A program made the translations under genes and the position numbers. Positions 22,217 to 33,993 of a stretch of 64,000 bases of DNA are shown here, piece after piece (position 1 is the first letter of the stretch; every line of letters starts with the position of its first letter). The DNA lies in the NCBI GenBank assembly GCA_973895155.1, contig OZ316892.1, positions 29,022,932-29,086,931 of the forward strand. The letters run 5' to 3'. Origin of the DNA: Marsupella aquatica (lineage: Eukaryota > Plantae > Marchantiophyta). A model generated the notes under the pieces. The model searched no databases. It saw only the letters and a program-made list of their open reading frames with translations, and was not told where the DNA came from.

Positions 22217-24389
22217 CTAATGCCGCTGAGAGCGGCTCCTATCACGTCCAGACCTGCGAACAGAAATACGTGGCGGTGCCTCCGACTGTTTGCCTCGGGG
22301 CCGCAACTCGTACCGAAGTGGATCCTCGTCTGAACTACTTCTACCAGACACCAACTCCACAGCTCCCTTGCCTCTACTCCTAGGGACTACATCTCTAGTG
22401 CCACTGTGTCCCCTAGTGGTATCCCTCTCGACACGGCTCCTCTTCCTCTCTCTATGTCTCTCCCTCCCCCCCCTCTTCTCTCTCTCTCTCCGTCGTCTAT
22501 GGCTGGTATGACCCCTATCAGTCTCCACTGGAGGGGAGAGGTTAGAAGATGACCGGCCCTGTGTACCTAAACTGCCCTCCTGCCCACAGTCTACTAAGGC
22601 CTCCTCCTGCGTATCAGGCTCCTCCCCTCCATGATCTGCCTCCTCATCTTCCGCAATGGGTCGTGCCACTAACCCCTCTGGAGGACTCCAATCCTCCTGG
22701 ATATGACATAAGGGATCAGTTTACCTCCTGCAAATAGTGGATGCAAAACCTAGTATAGAAGGAACCTAACCTGACCATGTAACTTACCACTGGGTGGTCC
22801 TCCGGGACTGAGTCCAGCTTAGCCCATAGGGCCGCCGGGCCATAGCGTTTTGAATAGAGCCGCTCCTGCTCACTTGGCTCGGCGTTAGCTCCAAACTTGC
22901 GTTTCTGCAGGAAATTGGAGAACGTCGTCACCATCGTCGTTAACTACAATGTACCTAACGACGTTTTATAATTAACGTCGTCCAAGACAAGGTATATAGT
23001 GAAACTTCAATATTAACAATGTAGAAAAGACGTTAATTAAATGTAACGTCGCGAGAGACGACGTTAGGTAGGATGAACGTATGGGGTCTAGATGTTAAAT
23101 TTAGAACTTGCGATGTTAGAGGAGAAAAACAACATTAATTCAATGTTCTCACCGCAGCGGCCGAAGCATGAACAAGTTGTGCTTTGAAGAGGGTGGGGGA
23201 CTTACATAGGTTGCAAGGAAGCCTCGCCATCCTCCCTGGCCCCAAAAATTGGTCACATGCAGGCGGCCATTTGATTTGCGGGCTGCAGTAGCTTTGTCCC
23301 CCATGTGCACTCGCTTGCCTATTGGGGTGTCAGGTGCTGCTTCCAACTCAGCCACGATCAACTTGAAGTCGGCGTCGCTCATTCCTTCTGGTTTCAGGTA
23401 TTGCTCTGTCCTTGGGCATCTCATTTTTCGAACCTTGTTTCTCCATCTAAACCTCCGATCTGCAAGGTAGCCTACGATCTTTTGTCTGATGTGCCTATAG
23501 TCTATTTCATGGCCGTTCCTAAACCCAGCTTGCACATCGTTCAGGAGGAGCTGAAACTTCTTTGGGTTCTGCGCGAGATCCTTCCAAGTTGTCCAACCAG
23601 GACAGTGCTTGGCACAACACGTCTGCACTCGATTTGTGAGGGCCTTCTCATCCAGAACATCCGGCCTAGCATCAAACGCATCCAAGGTGATGGTTGGGAG
23701 TTTGTCTCGACTCACAGCAGTAGTTACCGGTCGCGCAGGAGAAGGTTGTCGCTTCTTGTGGGAGTGACGTTCACGCTGAGGTGAGTACCTCTCTCTTCTG
23801 TCTGCCCTTGCATCTCCCTCTGTTCTTCTTCTTTTGTATGTACCTCTACTGTGTGGATCTGCATCTCTATACTCCTTCCCTTTCCCCTTCCGTCTTCTCT
23901 CATCAAGGCTGCTATTGCTGTTGTGTGTTCTATCACGATGCCTCCTCCGCCTGCGAGAGTCCTGATCAGGCTGGAATCTGTCATGTGCTACCCGGACCAC
24001 ACTCTTGATTGGGGTCCCACTAGGTGCCTGAGAATCAGGCTGCATTCCATTGAAGGCAGGATCGTCCCACCCATCATCTAGTAGGGACGGGAAGGAGTTC
24101 AGAGCATCGATCGAAGGCCCCCCATCCTCCCCCAAGAGCGTTGCATTCTCAGTTTCCACATAATCATCAAGGTAGGAGCATTGGCCTCTATATTTTCCAG
24201 GTACTCCAGAAACTGAGACTCCTTGCTTCCTTTTCCTCCCAAGAACTTCCAACTCTAGTTGAAAGCATGTATCAGCGAATGTGTCGATTGCATAGCTTTA
24301 CGCACCTTTTCTAACTCCCCTGGATCATCCATAGCCACCAAGTCTGCATCAAAATCTCCACTGGAAGGGAGATAGCCTGGATGAGCCAT
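22217..24389 (-). CDS. TnpA/Tnp1-like (Ptta/En/Spm-type) accessory protein, spliced
   Basis: The main exon 23206-24252 has the W-K-D-L...F...IVGYLADRRFRWRNK...P.GMS..DF..IV...H..NFWGQGGW pattern that resembles CACTA ORF2 proteins. GT-AG intron 22905-23205 (phase 0), then exons at ~22720-22904 and 22217-22669. The start exon (~24389) is uncertain. Confidence 0.6.
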
Positions 24390-24810
24390 AGTCTTTCACT
24401 GTTAAGATAGGAGGTCGAGAGGGGGAGAGGGGAAGTGTTGAATGTTGAATGTGAGTCACATTCAAGTCACTTCCCGATGTTTTGTTAAAGGAAAACAGCC
24501 GTAGCCCACGAACCTTGGAGACCCGCCGTTACCCTAATTTAACGTCATTAATCACAACGTTAACCAAGAGTGTAGGGTTTAGCGGCGACGTTACATATAA
24601 TTACGTCATACCTAACGACGTTAACTTATTAAGTACGTCGTACATTATTACGTAAACTAAATTCGGCAACCTCCCCACAACCTAAAAAACGACGTTAATT
24701 TTAGGGGAACGTCGTGTGGATGGACGTTAGTTTGGTTAACGTAGCGGGATACGTTTATGCTTGGGGTTTAATATGTTGTGGGGGCCTTTGTAAATTTGAT
24801 CACAGGGGAC

Positions 24811-27800
24811 ATGGCAACCTATGCATCGGACCATGATGGGGGCAGGCATCATCGGCACAGATACCATCATCATCATAGGGGGACGTATGATGAGTCGGAT
24901 AGGCGAAGGGATGACTCGTGTGACAATGACGATGAGCATGGCGGTAGTTCTCACCGACATAGACACCATCATCGGCATAGGGGGAGTTCAGCTTCATCGG
25001 GCCATAGGAGCAATGACGAGCGGCAGAGGAGGAGGGATGACGAGGGAGGGAGGAGGAGGGATGACTCATCCTATGAGGACCATGGTGGGGGTACTTACAC
25101 CCGACGCAAAGATGACCATCATCATAGGGGGAGGGACGACCTGTCGGACCGGGAGAGAGATTACTCACCAGACATGTATGATCGATCTAGGCGTCACCGA
25201 TCCAGGCGTCGTCGACGCAGACATGGTTCCGATGGTAGGAGAGGCCGGAGCCCCCATCATGCTGATGGATTTGGAGAGGCCATGGCTGCTCTTCAAGGGA
25301 TTGGGCCAATTCGCAAGATGCCTTGCCCTTGCAGACGATGCAAGGGTGTTGTCTTACACGAGAGGACCACTGTCCTTAGCCATTTAGGGATCCATGGTCG
25401 TTACACCCCCCCGACCCGAGAGGTAATACAATTTTGTTGGGTATTGCAATTATGATAACATCTCCTTCCTTGAATTGTTTTTTTATTGTCATATTCTGAA
25501 CTTGTTTTGGTGAACATGTGGAATAGATTCCTGTTGTAGTGCGATCTTCGCCTGTGGACCGCTTGAGAGACATTGCATATCGTGCACTCGCACCACTCGT
25601 CCATCCATCCGATTTGCCAGCCACATTGAGGGAGATAGACCGTGTATTTTGGAGGAGGAGGAGAGTGTTTAGGATGCACCCTATTGAGAGGGGAGTAGTG
25701 GTGACCACTAGACCCCGATCGATTGAGTCCCGTCCACCTAGGATTGTTCCGCCCCGATGCCCTTTTCTTGATGCATCGGTGTCCCGGGCACCAAGACAGT
25801 TGCGAGGGAGAGCCTTGGACATCTTAAAGGACTCCTTCCCAGCCCAGTTTGGACTCCATATGGACCTCCCGCTTTGGGAGCCTATTATAGTTTGGGACCG
25901 CCCATGGGTCATCCTCCCCTCCACATTGGGGACTCATGTAGGACTTGGAGTATTTGCTCTTGTGGATATCGTGGTCCCTACCGGTTGTGCACCCGATGAT
26001 TTGCCTCAGTTGTTTCCATTCTATGGGCCCAAGTATTCGGCGGCAAGATGGCGCATCTTGTCCCGACAGTGCCCAACCTTTAGTCGATATGGCATGTCAC
26101 TAAAGTTGGACCCTAGGTATGCTCAGATTGATGGTTACCCACCTCGCACAGGGAACTTGGCGGGTTACATCAATAGCACTGTTGGTTCTCGGCGTTCAGG
26201 GTTTAGGCCAAATGCTGAGTGGCACGAGTTCCATGACCAGAGTCACCCTCGTTTGCCTGTAGCATGCACGCATTACATCTTGACACATGCTACCCGCACC
26301 ATTAGAGCAGGGGAAGAGATTCTCGTAGATTATGATTGGCATTGATGTTTACATGTGTACATGACATATTCATTATGGGGTGACCCTTGCATTTTTCATT
26401 ATTGATGTTTCACTGTAAGCTTTATCACGGAAACCCTTTCTCTAATTGTTATTTGTCATTGCATATTGAAAACTCTAGGATGGTGTACATATTACTCCCA
26501 CACCTCACCCATCAATGATGACTACATCAGCCCGTGCCTTTCACGTACGTGCCACCTTACATTTCTCAGACGAGGAGGATGCTGAGGGTCAGCCCCTTGA
26601 CCATGATGAGATGGACGATGAGGATGAGGAGTACCATGATGCATATGATGGAGAGTTGGATGATGATGGAGAGTTGGATGATGATGTTGACGATGAGGGA
26701 GATGAGGGAGATGAGGGAGATGAGGGAGATGACCCTATCCTTGAAGAAGATGCCTTCGCCCACCTTGTTGACGTTCACTTTGGACCTCATGCATCTGACG
26801 CCGAGCACCCTATCATGGAAGTGGATCAAGAAGATTGGGATCACTTGGAGACTAAAGCCAGAACACCACTATTTGAGGGATCTCCATCCTCACAGTAAGG
26901 TTGTCCTAAAATTATCACAACTCTGGAATTTCATCCAGTGAATATTGGGCAGTCTAAATTGTAGTGCCAGGCATGCCATCTAGCTACTTGGACTAACTGC
27001 AAAAAGTCTGGTGTTTGTGGTTTTGCAAATCCAGGTTGGGTGCAACTTTGTTGATGTTGAATTTGCAAGGAGTTTTCAATGGTTCGGATTTCCATACAGA
27101 TGCACTCTTCCAATTGTTCCACGGCAAACTCTTGCCCCAACCAAACACTCTCCCTGGATGTGTGAGGGAGGCTAAGAAGTTGTTAGCCTCAATTGGATTG
27201 GCTTTAGAGACTATCCACATGTGCCCAGGTGGGTGCATCTTGTATAGAGGGGTGTACAAGGATCACACTCACTGCCCAGAGGAGCACTGTAGGCTTCCAC
27301 GGTATCGACCAGACACCATTGGAGACAAGATTGCAGAAAAGGTAATGTTTTCCTCAACGCAATGTGAGAACAAGAAAGTCCAACTTTTAACGTTGCATTC
27401 TTTCAAACAACGTCGTACATGACTATGTAATTGATTACTTTACGTCGTCCATCTCACTTTATGTCTTTCCACCTGACGTTTTTTTGTTTTTACGTCGTAT
27501 GGGATGCAGTAACTAACGTCGCATGGTACATTAGGGTATGAAACGTCGTCCTTTACGATGTTAGTTTTAATAATACGTAGTGTGGAAGGACGTTTATTGT
27601 GATTGTCGTCAAATTGACGACGTTACATTGGATCTGGCAGGTTTTTCGTTATTTCCCAATCACTCCCCGACTTCAGCATCTCTACCGACGAAAGCACTTA
27701 TCCACACTACAGACTTTGGCATGTGGAGAACAAATCCCCACCAGGGATAATGCAATACCACCAAGATAGTCCAGCGTGGAAGCACATTGATGCCACTTGG

Positions 27801-30482
27801 CCAAATTTTGCCCAGGAGCCAAGAAATGTTCGTTTGGGGTTGGCAATCGATGGAGTGAACCCATATAAACAACGACGGAAGCCTAAGTCCATCTGGCCTG
27901 TTCTTTTGATAAATCAAAACATCCCTCCATGGTTGGCAATGAAGAAGGGTCATGTGCTTCTATTAGCTATAATTCCTGGACCCAAGGCCTGTAAGAATCC
28001 TGATATCTGTTTGGCTCCAGCTTATGAAGAGCTACATAATCTATGGGAGGTTGGAGCAGTGACAACAGATGTCACTCGTGAAGCAGGCAATGGTAGGACC
28101 TTCAATATGAGGGTGATGATCACTCATTGCACCACAGATGGTCCAGGTAATTCATTGGGCAACCCAATGACTATTGTTTGCACAATGTCATGTACAATGC
28201 AAGTGTTGGGGTTATTTGTGGTCTGAACATGGTTCAATGAAATGGCAGGTATGGGGACAATATCTGGCCTGAAGGTGGCAGGTTTTTCAGCTTGCCCTTC
28301 ATGTGGCCCAGAGTTGCGTGGGAGGTACTCAAGACTACTGCACAAAACCACATATGAGGGCAGTAGGGTCTGGTTGGCAATGGATGACCACTTGCGACAA
28401 AACACAACACATTGGGCAGAGACTGAAGTGCGGCCATGTCCTAATGGCCCTTCAGCTGAAGGACAAATTCAAATGGCAGAGAAGGTGGAAGCAAAGTTAC
28501 TAAAACCCAAGGATTGTGGAGTAAACCGACGCTAAGCTATGTGGGACTTGCCTTATTGGAGGGTAAGTGATAGAAGTGCATGGTTCCTTTACAGCAAATT
28601 AGACCAATAAAATTCTTAATTTAGAGATTGCAACTGATTCAATATGTTATTTCAATTTCCAGAGACTCCAGGTTCGATGGTTGTTGGACCCCATGCACAT
28701 TGAAGTGAATGTTGCTAAGAACTTGGTGAAGCACATTTATGGGACGAATGACACTCGTGGAGTCCGAGAGGATGCTGAGAGGGTTGGAGTAGTGAAGAGT
28801 TGTTGGATAACACGTACTGGGGAGAAACCTCCTGGTCCTTGGATTTTGCCAAGAGAGGTTTTGAAGGACATGAATGGGATGATAAGCGAGATGAAGTTCC
28901 CTAGCCATTACGGAGCTGGTTTTCGTGGGTGCACTACAAGGAATGATCACATACCCCCAATAGGGTTGAAGTCTCATGATTATCACAAGTTGATACAGCA
29001 TGTGCTACCAGCAGTCATGCGTTGTTGTGATGATTCCTGGGAGCGTCGTTTACTCCGTCTGACTATATATGAGATGTGCTCCATTTTTAGGTATGATAAC
29101 GTACCCTCTCTTCCATTGCTCTCTTGCAAGTTCTTGTTACCGCTGAAGGAGCCATGTAATTCAACAAGTATTTCAAACTCATTTTTCTATGGCCCTATGT
29201 GGATCTGATATACAAAATCTTTGATGGTTTTGAGGAGGAACATAGGTGGGTATGCGCTAAGGAGATAAAGGAGTCTGAGATTCCTTTGATGAGAGAGAGG
29301 TCAGCTCGCGTGATGTGCAATATGGAGAAGGTGTTTCCCCCATGCATATTTGACATGCAATTGCATTTACTATGTCACTTGGTGGATGAGGTCGCGATTG
29401 CTGGTCATGTCCATGCACGTTGGATGTATTGGGTAGAGCGCTTCATGAAAGTGCTCAAGTCCATGGTGCGTCAACCAGCTCGACCAGAGGGAAGTATGGC
29501 AACGGGGTATATCATGTCGGAGTGCCTCTTTTATTCCGGAGGGATGATAGGGATTTTGGACACATAAGCTCCCACAGCTTGGGAAGAGGCACAAGATGAT
29601 GACAATGGTGGGTTGCGTTTGATGGGTGCATCAAAAAAGCGTTCACTACATGACAACATACTTCGCCTACAGATCCACAATTATGTGTTGGGAAATCGCC
29701 CAGAGATGTCTCAGTGGAGGGAGTTGCATAGGTACATATATGCAACTCTATATAACTGTTAATCTAACAGTAGACGTTGTTCTACATTCTATGTGTGTAG
29801 AAGTTAGAGTGGGTTCAAGGAGCACTTCTTTGGATTGTGCAATATTCTCATGGATTCATACATTTTTTGCAGTGCATTCTTGGAGCAGCAACCGATAGTT
29901 GCACAACGGTATGCATTATTTCGCGTATGGGCATTGGAGCGCATGGATAGGCTCCTTGAAGAGCATGGGCCCTTATCCATTCCCATTGATGTACAGAACA
30001 TCATTAGGGGACCAGGGTTGTGGGCAACGACCCATACACACATGTATGAGTCAGGGCACCACTTTCGCACTTGGAGGACAGATCACATGAAGAAGAGTAC
30101 ATGTAACTCAGGAGTGTTCATGTTGACAGACCCAGGTGATGTTGAGATTCCCTATTGTGGCACTATATTGGATATTTTAGACGTTCACTTTGGGTCATTT
30201 ACTACTATTGTGTTAGAGGTGCGGTGGCACAAATCCATCATGTCACCTCCACATAGAGCCACCATGGTGAAAGATGAGTGTGGGTTCTATCGGGTAGACA
30301 CGACTCGTGTAGCACCATCCGGGACTGAGGTTAGTGACACTATAGTATTTCCTAGCCAGGTGGATCAGTGTATTATGGTTCCGATGCACACTATGAGAGG
30401 ATGGTCCATCGTCATTCCCATCTTCCCACGACGGAGGAAGGGTTTGATGGCATCAGTAATTGTAGATGATATGGATCCATGA
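24811..30482 (+). pseudogene. CACTA TnpD/Tnp2 transposase gene (transposase-associated domain, Transposase_21, DUF4218, DUF4216), multi-exon and disabled
   Basis: Exons 24811-25422 (CPCRRC...VLSHLGIHG), 26479-26894, 27035-27341 (IHMCPGGCILY), 27641-28147 (VFRYFPITPRLQHLY, DSPAWK, EPRNVRLGLAIDGVNPY), ~28249-28562, ~28662-29090 (LDPMHIEVNV, GLKSHDYH), ~29246-29731 (HLLCHLVDE, RWMYWVER, PEGSM) and ~29872-30482. Lesions: a frameshift near 27715 and premature TAA at 28533-28535 and 29565-29567. Confidence 0.9.
25527..26345 (+). CDS. SET-domain protein (putative lysine methyltransferase), encoded in the first intron of the CACTA transposase gene
   Basis: SET motifs in order: VILPS...GLGVFA (motif I), PFYG (motif II), GNLAGYINS...PNA (motif III-like) and ATRTIRAGEEILVDY (motif IV with the catalytic Tyr). 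The ORF is uninterrupted. It has no in-frame ATG at its 5' end but has a phase-0 AG acceptor at 25525-25526. Confidence 0.85.
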   Translation: MPVVVRSSPVDRLRDIAYRALAPLVHPSDLPATLREIDRVFWRRRRVFRMHPIERGVVVTTRPRSIESRPPRIVPPRCPFLDASVSRAPRQLRGRALDILKDSFPAQFGLHMDLPLWEPIIVWDRPWVILPSTLGTHVGLGVFALVDIVVPTGCAPDDLPQLFPFYGPKYSAARWRILSRQCPTFSRYGMSLKLDPRYAQIDGYPPRTGNLAGYINSTVGSRRSGFRPNAEWHEFHDQSHPRLPVACTHYILTHATRTIRAGEEILVDYDWH

Positions 30483-30997
30483 CCATAAATGTATTCAGTG
30501 CATGTATATATTCGTTATGGCCACCTTCATGTGGGTTTGTAGCATCTGTGGGTAACGTCGTTGTATGACTATTACGTCCGGTAGACCAATGTATCTTCAA
30601 ACTACGTCGTATCAGGCAGACGTTAATTCCAATTAACGTCGTTTTATTGAGCCTTCAACGACGTTAATTTAGCCACGACCCCGTTTACGTTACTCCACAC
30701 GACGTTGATTCTCCACTTAAAACGATGTTAAACTAACTTACGTCGTTTTAGGGTACGTATTAAACCAAAGATGTCGTGTATTGCAACGTTACTATATCCG
30801 CGCGACGTTAATGACAGTGGTGACATTAATTGGCACATGCATTCAAAATGAAAAACATGAGGGAGTCTTTATTCAGTTTCAGTATGATATAGAGATACAA
30901 AGGTCCTACAAAGCACATTGCATGTCCACCACAAAGCGACTATAACCTAGCCGAATCACTAAACTGCCTCATCCATTGACATCCAGATTGTTGCTAC

Positions 30998-31558
30998 TTA
31001 AGGAGTTCCTTCACCAGACCAGTAGTACTCCTCATCTGCCTTCCTTCTTTTGTAAGAATCACGCCTCTGCCTCTGGTTCCATTTCTTCCGGACGACCTCT
31101 TCCCCAGCCTTTAGCCTTTCAGCCTCAACCTCAGCTGCACAACTTTCCTTGTAATCATACAAGACAATGTGAAGCTCAGTCGGAGACAGCTCACATTTGG
31201 GCAATGTAGGTGGATATGCCTCCCCATCATCTGGGTTGGGCGCCTCATCCAACATCTGATCATCACCTGGATGCAGCAGGAAGTCTCCTGGATCCAACTG
31301 TTTGTTGGCCAGAATTGAGCACTCTACCCAACGGATAGAAATGAAATGAACTGTCTCTGCAAAGTGCTCGATCAATCCATGGTAGTCACTGAAGTGCTCA
31401 ACAACTTCTTTCCACGTATAGGCCAGCAAGTAGTCTGTTTCCGAGGTACACAACTTCTCAATAACACCTCCCCGACAAAAGAACCCACGTATAGTCTTGT
31501 CCTCTTCACCAAGTGGAAGGAAGCAACAATGCACATCTTTGAAGAACTTGCGCACCAT
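30998..31558 (-). CDS. Hypothetical CACTA cargo ORF (186 aa; upstream frame degraded to ~31760)
   Basis: Open frame with a charged C-terminus, between two ACGT-motif blocks inside the element. No family recognised. Confidence 0.4.
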   Translation of the reverse strand: MVRKFFKDVHCCFLPLGEEDKTIRGFFCRGGVIEKLCTSETDYLLAYTWKEVVEHFSDYHGLIEHFAETVHFISIRWVECSILANKQLDPGDFLLHPGDDQMLDEAPNPDDGEAYPPTLPKCELSPTELHIVLYDYKESCAAEVEAERLKAGEEVVRKKWNQRQRRDSYKRRKADEEYYWSGEGTP

Positions 31559-32181
31559 GACTGAACACTGAGTCTAGATCCCACGCTGCAATTTCTCTGT
31601 ACTCAGGAAGAGTGCATTCTCCAAAAATCACAAATGCAAGCCTACTTTGGTCTCAACACTCTTAAACCAAAATCCTCCCGTAGAAAACCCAAGCTATACT
31701 TGAGTCAGCATGGACTACTCCTCATTCAAGTCGTCCACACCGATGTACTCAACGTCTAACATGGCTTGATTCAATCGGAACGTCCTACAGAGCAACGTTA
31801 CCACTTTTACGTCTCCCTCCACGACGTAAACATTGACGTCGTTATACCCTAAACACATTACGTCCTCTAATACGTCGTTAATATTGAACGACGACCAAAA
31901 CGACGTTTAGGACAGCTCATCCAGAGACGTTAATTTTAAACGTGTTTCCAGCGACGTTAAAATGGGGGCAATCGGCGCTTAGATTTCTCCGACGTCGCCG
32001 TTACGTCGGACGTAGTTATAAACGTAGTCATGGAAGTCGTTAATTATATTAACGACGATTATGAGGAGGTATTGTTTGCATCCGACGCAACAAAATCTAG
32101 TTGTGTTGAGACCAGCAAGCTGATGGGTTGGAGCAGATGCTGGTAGTTCCTGAGCCATTTGAGGTATCACCATGGCCGGCC

Positions 32182-33993
32182 TCAGCAACCTTGGCCATCA
32201 ATATTCGGCCTCAAGAGACCCAGCAACTCTCTCGGATCCGCCTGCTGAAGAAGTGCACCGGTTACCTTACCGGCATGGTCATGCTCCAGCACGTCCACCA
32301 GGGGATACAGCAGTTCTCCAACCATTGCTTTTGTATCTACAACAGGTCCAGAGGCCAAAGCAGGGATACTCTTTGCAACCGGCTGGGGCGCACCAGCATC
32401 AGCACGGGGACCATCAAGCATATCACCAGTCACGTCTTGTGTATTCCTTGCAGTAGAGGTATGTCTGATATGTAGATTCTCTCTACGAACCACCATTTGC
32501 TGTGCATGCTGTTGTTGCTGCCGTGGTGCTATAGGGCCATGCATGCCTCTTGCAAGCTTGTGACCATTGTGCTGATTCTGGCTAGGAACAACAGGGGCGT
32601 AGAAGTTTGGATTTTGCCCACTTCCAGGCTTGTCGGCAGCAAACATCTGCTGCTTGTACAAGAAATCAGTAGGCTCCCCGGGATTGAGTTCCAAAGGTGA
32701 TTGCCCGTAGGGATATTGTGCTACAATTCTTGGAGCAAAGGGAGAATAAATTGGTACGCTGGTCGGGGCGCCAACAGAGGTCTGTAGCCAGGCACGCCTC
32801 GCCTCTTTACATCGAGCAGGAGCAACGTACAATGGTTTGCTACCAACCATCCTTCGGTTCATGTAAGCAACCGCACAGTGGGCTTCTTCCAAGGTAGAGA
32901 AACACACAAAACCTGAGCCTTTACTCTGACCGTCAAGGTTCCAGTTAACTTTACACGACTTGATGATTCCAAACGGAGCGAAAAGTTCCCCAAGCATCTC
33001 ATTGTCAACAGTGTCATCCAGATTATTTATGTAAAGATTGGTACCGTGCTGTAGTTGACTCCTTTCTTTGCGCTCTTGTTCAAATTTTTCTCTCCCTACT
33101 TCCATTTCGGATTGCGTTTTTGCCCTTCTTACATACCACACTTTGCCATCAATGGGCTTCCCATTCAACGCCTCGACTGCCTTTGCTGCATTGTCGGTGT
33201 TCTTGAAGTTGACAAAACCAAAATGCCTGGAATTACCCTCACTATCCAGAATCACAACAGCACGTCTGATTTTGCCGTAGACTGCAAAGCGTTTCTTCAG
33301 CTCCTCGTCTGTGGTAGTTTCGGCAAAATTCTTAACAATAACATTCTTGAAGTTGGAAGCGTCACAAGAGCGATCCCTCTCCTGACGACAAACAAAGCGC
33401 TCGACAAGAACCTGCTTGTTGTTGAAGAGCATACCATTTGTGTTCTCAATGGCGCTCTGTGCTGACTCTTCGTGCTCAAACTGCACGTAGCCATAGCCCT
33501 TCGATTGCCCGGAGTCATCTGTGGCAACCTTCGCGGAACGAATGGTCCCAAACTTAGAGAACTTTTCGGAAAGGGCCAAGCTGTCAATAGATTTCTCCAA
33601 ATGCTTAATAAAAATATTACCAATTCCTTTTTTCCGACGACTAGAGTCACAGGTTATAGGCGTGATTCGGATGGGCTTCCCATTCACCAGAGTAAATTTT
33701 TCCAATCCCAGAGCTAGTGTAGCATCTTGAGCAGTTTTGTAGTTGTTCTCGGCAAACCCAAGACTCTGCCTAGTGATCTGATCACGAAATATGTGAATTG
33801 AAACTACCTGGCCGACCTGACTGAAAATTCCATAAAGCTGATGCTTTGATACACAAGGGCCCAAATCACCAACACGAAGGGAGGTTGACGGCCCGGTTGA
33901 CACAATCCGAGAGGGACTGGCTGCCTGGTGCTGAGTTTGGGCTTCAATTTGAGACATCGCTTCTGCTAGGTCTGCCCTCTTTCTCTGAATCAC
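32182..33993 (-). pseudogene. Intronless polyadenylate-binding protein retrocopy (4 RRM plus a frameshifted MLLE); its last codons lie at 21574-21598, beyond the CACTA
   Basis: GNIFIKHL...SKGYGYVQF, NLYINNL...SKGSGFVCF and KAMVGELLYPLV...HAGKVTGALL. No introns. RRM1 RNP motifs are degenerate. MAKVAEA appears in a shifted frame. Confidence 0.85.

Larger units (their letters stand above)
21599..32105. mobile_element. CACTA/En-Spm DNA transposon (10.5 kb) with CACAA termini and SET-domain cargo
   Basis: TIRs CACAACTACATT (21599-21610) and AATCTAGTTGTG (32094-32105) match at 11 of 12 positions. 3-bp TSD TTG at 21596-21598 and 32106-32108. Subterminal ACGACGT motif arrays, a TnpD-type transposase and a TnpA-like gene are present. 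Confidence 0.93.

Noticed and set aside
24736-25387. Met/Ile-rich and antisense ORFs overlapping the His-rich exon
   Set aside because: Alternative-frame shadows of the CAT/GAT-rich transposase exon 1.
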